A stretch of 64,000 nucleotides of DNA, taken from an uncultured candidate division Zixibacteria bacterium (GTDB lineage: Bacteria > Zixibacteria > MSB-5A5 > UBA10806). A program made the translations under genes and the position numbers. Position 1 is the first letter of the stretch. Every line of letters begins with the position of its first letter. Positions 57,486 through 64,000 of the stretch are shown in pieces. Location: contig CAWDFP010000006.1 in the NCBI GenBank assembly GCA_963801605.1, positions 768,879 through 832,878 of the forward strand. Direction: 5' to 3'. The notes under the pieces are model-generated. The model did not search any database. It had not been told where the DNA came from and saw nothing but the letters and a program-made list of their open reading frames with translations.

Positions 57486-59486
57486 ATGAATTCTCTTAAA
57501 GCAATATGCCTATTAATGGCTATTGTCATTATGGCCGCGAATAGTGCATCCAATGCACAGGATAGCACATCGGCTGCTGATAATTTGTCTATTGAGGATC
57601 TCCTCAATACCCAAATCAGCACTGCGGCCAAATATACCCAGGCAGTCAGTCAAGCTCCAGCATCAGTAACGATTATCACCTCCGATGAAATACAGCATTT
57701 TGGATATCGTACATTGAAAGACGTTCTTTCTGCAGTCCGAGGGTTTTATACAAGCTACGATAGGAATTATGCCTATGTGGGCGTTCGCGGTTTCGGCAGG
57801 CCTACCGACTATAATAATCGCATTCTGCTCTTGTTAAATGGTCATACCTTAAATGAGGATATTTATGGTTCAGCCCCCATCGGTACCGAATTTGGCCTGA
57901 ATCTGAATAGCGTGGAACGAATCGAAATTGTTCGCGGACCGGGCTCCGCGCTTTATGGGACAGGGGCGATGTTCGCCATTATTAATGTCATCACAAAAAG
58001 CGGAAAGGATATTGATGGATTCCAGGTTAATGGGGAGACCGGTAGTTATGGGAGAGCCTTGGGTTCGCTGGTAATGGGAAAGGAAATTGGCGATGATATT
58101 GAAATTGCGGTCACCGGCCAGGTAGGAAATATTGAGGGGCAGAATTTATTTTTCAAAGAATATAATTATCCTTCAACCAATTTCGGCATAGCTAAAAAAC
58201 TTGATGGCGACCGATTTTACGGATTCTTAACCAACCTTTCATATAAAAAACTATCTATCGAAGCTTTCCGATCCTCCCGGGAAAAAGACGTTCCAACGGG
58301 GGCCTGGGATGCCCCTTTTAATGCTCGTCCCTCGAAAAGTCTCGATGAGTGGAATTTTATCGAAACTAAATATCAGGATCAAATTAAAAACAATTTAAGC
58401 CTTTCGGTAAGAGGGTATTATGATTTTTATTTTTATAAAGGCTGGTTTCCTTACGAGACCCCCACGTTTGATGAATCAAATGGCCAATGGTATGGAAGCG
58501 AAGCTCAGGTTTGTTGGGATATAAAGTCGAACAACCGCTTAACCATCGGGGGTGAATATCAAAATCGCATTCACGCTTCTTATAAGTATTGGAATGCCGA
58601 CACTGTCTATTTTGATCGAAATTTCCCGTCCTATGCGCTTTCGTTTTATATTCAGGATGATTACCAGGTCAGGGAAGACTTCTCGATTACATTGGGAATT
58701 CGACGGGATAGGTATAACACTCCTGCCAGCACCACCACTCCCAGAATTGGAGTGATTTATGATCCCTTTAACTCCAGTACATTGAAGTTGCTTTATGGCG
58801 AAGCTTTTCGCAAACCCAATATTTATGAATCTTATTATGAAGATGCAATATCGGGGTATAAGGCCAATAAATATCTCAAGCCGGAAAATATTCAAACGGC
58901 CGAATTGGTGTGGGAGCAAGGTTTTGGAAACAGTATTATGGGCACGATATCAATTTACAATTATTCCATGAAAAATCTAATCGACCAGGTGATCGATCCA
59001 GCAGATTCGCTGATTCAATATCAGAATATCAGTAATATCAAAGCAAAAGGTGTTGAATTAGAACTGGATATGCGGAAGAAAACCGGATTGGCCGGTTCTA
59101 TCAACTTTGCATATCAAAAGGCCAGAGATTCCAAGTCGAACAGGATTCTGACCAATTCGCCCGAATTTATTGCCAAAGGAAGTATTTCGTATCCTGTGGG
59201 AAAGTGCTTAAACCTGGCATCGGAACTTCTTTATGAATCTGAACGCTTGACAATTCAAAATCTTAAAACCAAATCCTATTTATTAACAAATTTAACCCTG
59301 GCTTTCAAGTCAACGTGTATGAAACGTGGCGGCCTTAATAACTTTATTGGCAAAATGGATATAACTCTTTCGATAAATAACATTTTTGATGTTTCGTATG
59401 AGTCGCCCGCGGGTTTTGAGCATATAGAAAACGCTATACCTCAAGATAGGCGAAATTTCATCATATCGGCAGGATATAGATTTTAA
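57486..59486 (+). CDS. TonB-dependent outer-membrane receptor
   Basis: Signal peptide MNSLKAICLLMAIVIMAANSASNA. Plug-domain motifs (VTIITSDEIQHFGYRTLKDVLSAVRGF, GVRGFGR, IEIVRGPGSALYG). Long beta-barrel region. C-terminal SAGYRF. Confidence 0.85.
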   Translation: MNSLKAICLLMAIVIMAANSASNAQDSTSAADNLSIEDLLNTQISTAAKYTQAVSQAPASVTIITSDEIQHFGYRTLKDVLSAVRGFYTSYDRNYAYVGVRGFGRPTDYNNRILLLLNGHTLNEDIYGSAPIGTEFGLNLNSVERIEIVRGPGSALYGTGAMFAIINVITKSGKDIDGFQVNGETGSYGRALGSLVMGKEIGDDIEIAVTGQVGNIEGQNLFFKEYNYPSTNFGIAKKLDGDRFYGFLTNLSYKKLSIEAFRSSREKDVPTGAWDAPFNARPSKSLDEWNFIETKYQDQIKNNLSLSVRGYYDFYFYKGWFPYETPTFDESNGQWYGSEAQVCWDIKSNNRLTIGGEYQNRIHASYKYWNADTVYFDRNFPSYALSFYIQDDYQVREDFSITLGIRRDRYNTPASTTTPRIGVIYDPFNSSTLKLLYGEAFRKPNIYESYYEDAISGYKANKYLKPENIQTAELVWEQGFGNSIMGTISIYNYSMKNLIDQVIDPADSLIQYQNISNIKAKGVELELDMRKKTGLAGSINFAYQKARDSKSNRILTNSPEFIAKGSISYPVGKCLNLASELLYESERLTIQNLKTKSYLLTNLTLAFKSTCMKRGGLNNFIGKMDITLSINNIFDVSYESPAGFEHIENAIPQDRRNFIISAGYRF

Positions 59487-59599
59487 CCCCTAAATTATGG
59501 TAAAATGTGATTATTCGTGAATATCAATACCAGACCGTCAGGAAAATGTGCGCGAGTATGCAAGAACGTCAGGGAAATTCTAAGTAATAATGAGATGAA

Positions 59600-60166
59600 A
59601 TGAAGACTCTTATTTTCGCTTTAATTTTCATATTAACGATAAATTTGGTCGTCGCGCAAACGGTTGAAGTTCCGGTCGAGCTGCAGCATTCGCTATTTAT
59701 GAAAATATTGTCGTTCGATAAAAATATTAAGGCTCGGGCGGGCAGCGAAATTATCATTGGCATTATATATCAAAAGAATTTTAAAATCTCCCTTGACACC
59801 AAGGATGAAATATTGAAAGCTTTTAGCAAATCGCCCGTGAAAGATATTAATAATATTCCAGTTCGCTTTGTGCCAATTGACATCGATGAAGAGACCGACT
59901 TGGGCGCCAGCGTCACAAAATACGGAATCAGCGTGTTTTATGTGGCCCCTTTACGGGCCACACAGCTCAGTTCAATAATTGCCCTGGCTAGAAGTAAACA
60001 AATTCGAACCATGACGGGCGTACCGGATTATGTCGTATCCGGATTAGCTCTGGGAATCGGGGCCAAAGGCGGGAAACCATTGATATTGGTCAACCTTGCC
60101 GCCGCCAAAATGGAAGGAGCCAATTTTAATTCACAATTATTAAAATTGGCCAAGATTATAGAATAA
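59600..60166 (+). CDS. Periplasmic YfiR-like (DUF4154-type) protein
   Basis: 188 aa. Signal peptide MKTLIFALIFILTINLVVA. Size, the position between a TonB receptor and a sensor kinase, and the C-terminal ...AAAKMEGANFNSQLLKLAKII all fit my recollection of the DUF4154/YfiR family. Not verified by search. Confidence 0.5.
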   Translation: MKTLIFALIFILTINLVVAQTVEVPVELQHSLFMKILSFDKNIKARAGSEIIIGIIYQKNFKISLDTKDEILKAFSKSPVKDINNIPVRFVPIDIDEETDLGASVTKYGISVFYVAPLRATQLSSIIALARSKQIRTMTGVPDYVVSGLALGIGAKGGKPLILVNLAAAKMEGANFNSQLLKLAKIIE

Positions 60167-60183
60167 TTTATCGTTAATAAACA

Positions 60184-62940
60184 ATGAACGCAAAGTTGAA
60201 AATATTTAAATTTATTAGATTCTCTAACATCAGGGAAAAACTGGCGCTTGTGTTTTCGCTGCTGATAGCGGCTATATCTCTGTTTATTCTATTATATTTT
60301 CCAGCCAGACAGAAGCATCAAGCCCTGGACGCCGTTTCTGATAAAGCCAAGAGTATCGCCCAAATGACAGCTTATAGCCTTAGCCCCGGATTATATTTTG
60401 ACGATTATGATGCGGTTAAAGAAGTCCTGGAAAGCGCTAAACAAAACAAGGATATCATTCATATCTCGGTGCTTAGCGATTCTAACAAGGTTTTTTACTC
60501 TTTTGGCGATTGTAATTTACCGCACACAATCCAATCATCCTCAGATAGCGAGATTATTCGGGGAGAAAATGCTTTTCAGATTACCAGCCCTATCAACTAT
60601 TCGGGTCGCCGAATTGGCCAATTAATTCTTGATTTTTCATTGTCTTCTATCATCGATGAAATCAATCAAAGCCGCGCAACGGTTACATTGATAAGTTTGA
60701 TGATATTGATTCTTGGAATGGGCACAGTATTTATATTCAGTACGATTATTACTCGTCCTTTAAGTCGAATCATTGAAACTGTGGGCTATGTGTCAAAGGG
60801 CGATTTCAGTAAGCGAGCTGATGTGGATTCGAAAGATGAAGTCGGCATTCTCGCAAAATCATTCAATCAGATGGTGCAGAATCTTCAATCGGCACGTAAT
60901 GAGCTTCAAAATCTTAACATGACGCTGGAATTAAAGGTCAATGAGCGGACCAAAGAACTCGTTAACGAAATTGCGGAACGCAAAAGCGTCGAGGAAGCTC
61001 TTAGAGAATCCGAGATTAACTATCGAGCGATTTTTAATGCAGCTAATGATGCCATCTTTGTACACGATCCCCTGAACGGTGCAATTTTGGATGTGAATCA
61101 GAAAATGTGCGAGTTATATGGTTACCAATTGCCAGAAACCAAAAACCTGACAGTTGAAGATATAAGCGTTGGGGCGCCATCATTTACCCAAAGAGATGCC
61201 TTAGTTAAAATTGAAAAGGCGGCCAAGGGCGTTCCGCAGCTTTTCGAGTGGGCCTCCAAGCATAAGGATGGGCATCATTTCTGGGTTGAAGTCAGTCTCA
61301 GAAAAGCAGAAATTGGAGGCAAGGAAAGAATCCTGGCAGTCGTGCGAGATATTGGAGAAAGAAAAAAAGCAGATGAGCTTTTACGACGTTCGGAAGAAAA
61401 ATACCGCAGCCTGATAGAAAATATTTCTGATGGAGTAATGGGCACCGATTTCGAGGAAAACATATTTTTCGCTAATTCGGCATCATGCAAGATATTTGGT
61501 TATGAATTGAATGAGCTTCAAGCCATGACCTTCAGCCAACTTATAGATAAAGAGGACGCGGATAAATTCAGGGGAGAAGCGGAAAGAAAGCAGAAAGGTA
61601 CCAATAGCCAATTTGAAATATCGATTATAAAAAAGGATGGCCAATCCTGCCGAGTGTTAATTTCGGCGACGCCTTACCTTGACAATAGCGGAATACTGAG
61701 AGGATCCATTTATGTTTGCACTGACGTAACGGAGTTGAAGAAAGTCGAAGCCGAAAAGCAGGAATTACGGGAAAAGCTGGCCAGGGCTCAAAGAATGGAA
61801 TCGCTGGGAGTTCTAGCGGGTGGAGTGGCTCACGACCTAAACAATATCCTCGGACCGCTGGTGGCTTATCCGGATGTGATAAGAATGAAGCTTCCGCCCG
61901 AAAACCCGGTTCTTAATTACGTTAGTAAAATCGAGCAATCGGCCAAACGGGCCGCGGAAGTCGTACAGGACTTATTAACGATGGCTCGACGCGGCCGTTA
62001 TGAAATGGTGCCAATACAACTTAACGAGATAATAGAGTCGTATTTGCGATCTGTCGATTTCGCCAATCATATTTCGAAGCATCCGTCGATTGAAATGAAT
62101 CTTGCGCTGGAAAGATCTTTGCCTCTAATTTATGGTTCAGCATCCCATCTTTCAAAAGTAATCATGAATTTGTTAATCAATGCTATGGAGGCTATGCCCG
62201 AGGGCGGGCGGCTTACGGTTAAAACCGAATGCAAACATGTGGATAGACTGATTAGCGGATTTGGAAATATCGAACCATGCAAGTACGTAATCCTCACCGT
62301 AAGCGATACCGGCATTGGTATCGACCAGAAAGATTTGAAGCGCATATTTGAGCCATTTTATTCGAAAAAAGAAATGGGCAGAAGCGGAAGCGGGTTGGGC
62401 TTGGCAATTGTCTATGGTGTGATAAAAGATCACAATGGTTACATCGACGTTACTACCGAACTTGGCAAAGGCAGCGATTTTCTGGTTTATTTCCCTGCCC
62501 TCAACGCTTCAGTTGTCGAAGATAAGCAGGAAATTATCGATATACGCGGGAGCAACAGCATTCTGGTCGTTGACGATGGACAGGAACAGCGGGAATTGGC
62601 GGCCGCTACTCTTTCAAGCCTCGGGTATAAAGTGTCAGTCGCCGCGAGCGGCAGGGAAGCGGTTGAATATATTAAAGCGCATAATGTAGATATGGTTATT
62701 CTCGATATGATAATGGAAGATGATTTTGATGGGCTTGATACTTATCGTGAAATTATCAAGTTCCAACCCCAGCAGAAAGCCATTATCGCCAGCGGTTTTG
62801 CCGAGACCGATCGCGTGAAGGAAGCGGAAAGACTCGGAGTCAATATGTATGTTCGCAAACCTTACACGATGCAAACCCTGGGAAAGGCGATCAGGCAGGT
62901 CTTAGCCGAACGGCCAATTAAAGAAAAGGTTTCGGTTTAA
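60184..62940 (+). CDS. Hybrid sensor histidine kinase (periplasmic sensor-HAMP-PAS x2-HisKA-HATPase-REC)
   Basis: TM, about 140-aa periplasmic loop, TM, HAMP (ITRPLSRIIETVGYVSKGDFSKRADVDSKDEVGILAKSFNQM), two PAS units, H-box AHDLNNILGPLVAYPDVI, GSGLGLAIVYGVI, receiver (ILVVDDGQEQ...MVILDMIMEDDFDG). Confidence 0.85.
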   Translation: MNAKLKIFKFIRFSNIREKLALVFSLLIAAISLFILLYFPARQKHQALDAVSDKAKSIAQMTAYSLSPGLYFDDYDAVKEVLESAKQNKDIIHISVLSDSNKVFYSFGDCNLPHTIQSSSDSEIIRGENAFQITSPINYSGRRIGQLILDFSLSSIIDEINQSRATVTLISLMILILGMGTVFIFSTIITRPLSRIIETVGYVSKGDFSKRADVDSKDEVGILAKSFNQMVQNLQSARNELQNLNMTLELKVNERTKELVNEIAERKSVEEALRESEINYRAIFNAANDAIFVHDPLNGAILDVNQKMCELYGYQLPETKNLTVEDISVGAPSFTQRDALVKIEKAAKGVPQLFEWASKHKDGHHFWVEVSLRKAEIGGKERILAVVRDIGERKKADELLRRSEEKYRSLIENISDGVMGTDFEENIFFANSASCKIFGYELNELQAMTFSQLIDKEDADKFRGEAERKQKGTNSQFEISIIKKDGQSCRVLISATPYLDNSGILRGSIYVCTDVTELKKVEAEKQELREKLARAQRMESLGVLAGGVAHDLNNILGPLVAYPDVIRMKLPPENPVLNYVSKIEQSAKRAAEVVQDLLTMARRGRYEMVPIQLNEIIESYLRSVDFANHISKHPSIEMNLALERSLPLIYGSASHLSKVIMNLLINAMEAMPEGGRLTVKTECKHVDRLISGFGNIEPCKYVILTVSDTGIGIDQKDLKRIFEPFYSKKEMGRSGSGLGLAIVYGVIKDHNGYIDVTTELGKGSDFLVYFPALNASVVEDKQEIIDIRGSNSILVVDDGQEQRELAAATLSSLGYKVSVAASGREAVEYIKAHNVDMVILDMIMEDDFDGLDTYREIIKFQPQQKAIIASGFAETDRVKEAERLGVNMYVRKPYTMQTLGKAIRQVLAERPIKEKVSV

Positions 62941-62971
62941 TATAATTGATCTGAAGAAGAAGCCGAAAGAA

Positions 62972-63880
62972 TCAAATTACCTGCTGAGTTTTGTGAAATA
63001 CCTCGAAAATTGCCATAACGGCGGGATGGCTGACACGCCGTTCAGCCGTCACCGCATAAAACCTTTCTCGAATTTGCGGTAAATTTAAGAGTACTTTCAG
63101 GCCTAATTGTTTGCAAATGATCTTCTCAATAAAAGTTGGAATTCCTAAAATGCCGAGCCCCTCCTGGCCAAAAGCCGCGAGCAACGCGCCGTCCTCAAAC
63201 TCGGCGCGCACATTTGGCCTGATTTGTTGTTCTCCAAACCATTCATCCAAAACCCTTCTTTGAGTAGTATTTCCCGTAGCCAGCAAAAACGGTGCTCCAT
63301 CGAGGGAACGCGGGAGTCTTGCTTTATACTTTTTAATCATTTGGGGAGTGGCTAATAGACTCGTGCCGCTTTCGACCAGCAGATGATTAAAAACCCTGAA
63401 GCCGGCCGATGGCGAAACAGGCGCGTCTACAAGCAGCATATCAAGGGCGTGAATAACAAGATCGGGCAACAATCTTTCTGGTTGGCCTTCACGGCAAATT
63501 AACCTGACATCGATTTTCAAGTTTTGGACCGGTTCTAAAATCTTTTTGACGATTTGTTTGGATATCACATCGACGATTCCAACGGTGAATATCAGCGGTT
63601 TTCCGGTAGGTCTGTCATGCACGGTATCGATCATTTCGTGGCCGAGACGGAAAATTTCATCGGCATATTGGAATACGGTTCGGCCCATTTCTGTCATCTC
63701 GAGTTTCCTGCCTCGCCGCATGAACAGCTCTTCCCCAAGAGATGATTGAAATTCATGCAATTGTCCGCTTACTGTGGATGGAGCCAGGTTGAGCTTGTGG
63801 GCCGCTCGCGTAAGTCCGCCCTCCTTTACTACAGTCCAGAAATAAAGCAAATGATGATAATTCAACCATTCCATGTGCAT
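62972..63880 (-). CDS. LysR-family transcriptional regulator (NhaR-like N-terminus)
   Basis: HTH LNYHHLLYFWTVVKEGGLTRAAHKLNLAPSTVSGQLHEFQSSLGEELFMRRGRKLEMTEMG resembles NhaR (INYNHLYYFWHVYKEGSV...). LysR substrate-binding domain follows. Confidence 0.8.
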   Translation of the reverse strand: MHMEWLNYHHLLYFWTVVKEGGLTRAAHKLNLAPSTVSGQLHEFQSSLGEELFMRRGRKLEMTEMGRTVFQYADEIFRLGHEMIDTVHDRPTGKPLIFTVGIVDVISKQIVKKILEPVQNLKIDVRLICREGQPERLLPDLVIHALDMLLVDAPVSPSAGFRVFNHLLVESGTSLLATPQMIKKYKARLPRSLDGAPFLLATGNTTQRRVLDEWFGEQQIRPNVRAEFEDGALLAAFGQEGLGILGIPTFIEKIICKQLGLKVLLNLPQIRERFYAVTAERRVSHPAVMAIFEVFHKTQQVI

Positions 63881-64000
63881 AATATATTTCGATTATTTCG
63901 AATTTACCATTAGAATCTTCCATATTGACGAATTATTTAAAACGCTTATCATCATATCGGTTGAAAATATTTAAGGGGATTATGAAATGCCCATGATGCG

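Noticed and set aside
56567-57631. Short ORFs in the 1-kb gap (56567-56794, 56932-57123, 57260-57469, 57413-57631)
   Set aside because: Non-ATG or unsupported starts, no RBS and no recognisable motifs. One overlaps the signal-peptide region of the TonB receptor on the opposite strand.
1-64000. CRISPR arrays, IS elements or transposases, integrases, phage genes, tRNA or rRNA genes
   Set aside because: I saw no repeat-spacer periodicity, no terminal inverted repeats flanking transposase-like ORFs and no tRNA-like T-loop or anticodon architecture in the intergenic regions. No rRNA-like conserved blocks were seen either. This was inspection by eye only, so small elements could have been missed.

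Overview
64-kb fragment that looks like an uncultivated diderm bacterium. I saw no rRNA, tRNA, CRISPR array or IS element by eye. The main candidate for a novel system is a tightly packed 14-gene cluster on the + strand at 4.0-19.3 kb. It encodes a 42-haem c-type cytochrome and five further multihaem cytochromes, with 73 canonical CXXCH motifs by my count plus CX3CH, CX4CH and CX10CH variants. It also encodes three six-bladed NHL beta-propellers, a 539-aa predicted outer-membrane beta-barrel, three non-haem lipoproteins and a HAMP-only membrane protein. I read it as an uncharacterised porin-cytochrome-type trans-envelope electron conduit with an unusual non-haem accessory set. The rest of the window holds: a PAS-LuxR/7TM operon divergent from that cluster; an EamA transporter and MobB; a radical-SAM/FAD-oxidoreductase operon; two giant gingipain-like (C25) peptidase paralogs; a third secreted protein that, like the two peptidases, ends in the same Cys-containing double dockerin-like/CPDCPP module; a GNDxY beta-solenoid repeat protein; a 2434-aa REC-(PAS x ~14)-GAF-HK-REC sensor; a complete Pho regulon (phoBR, porin, pstSCAB, phoU); a TonB-receptor/DUF4154-like/hybrid-kinase trio; and a LysR regulator. 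Six genes are broken by single-nucleotide frame shifts, two of them in poly-C tracts, with clean ORFs on both sides. Assembly indels must be excluded before these are called pseudogenes. All family assignments rest on motifs I could read in the translations. No database search was run.
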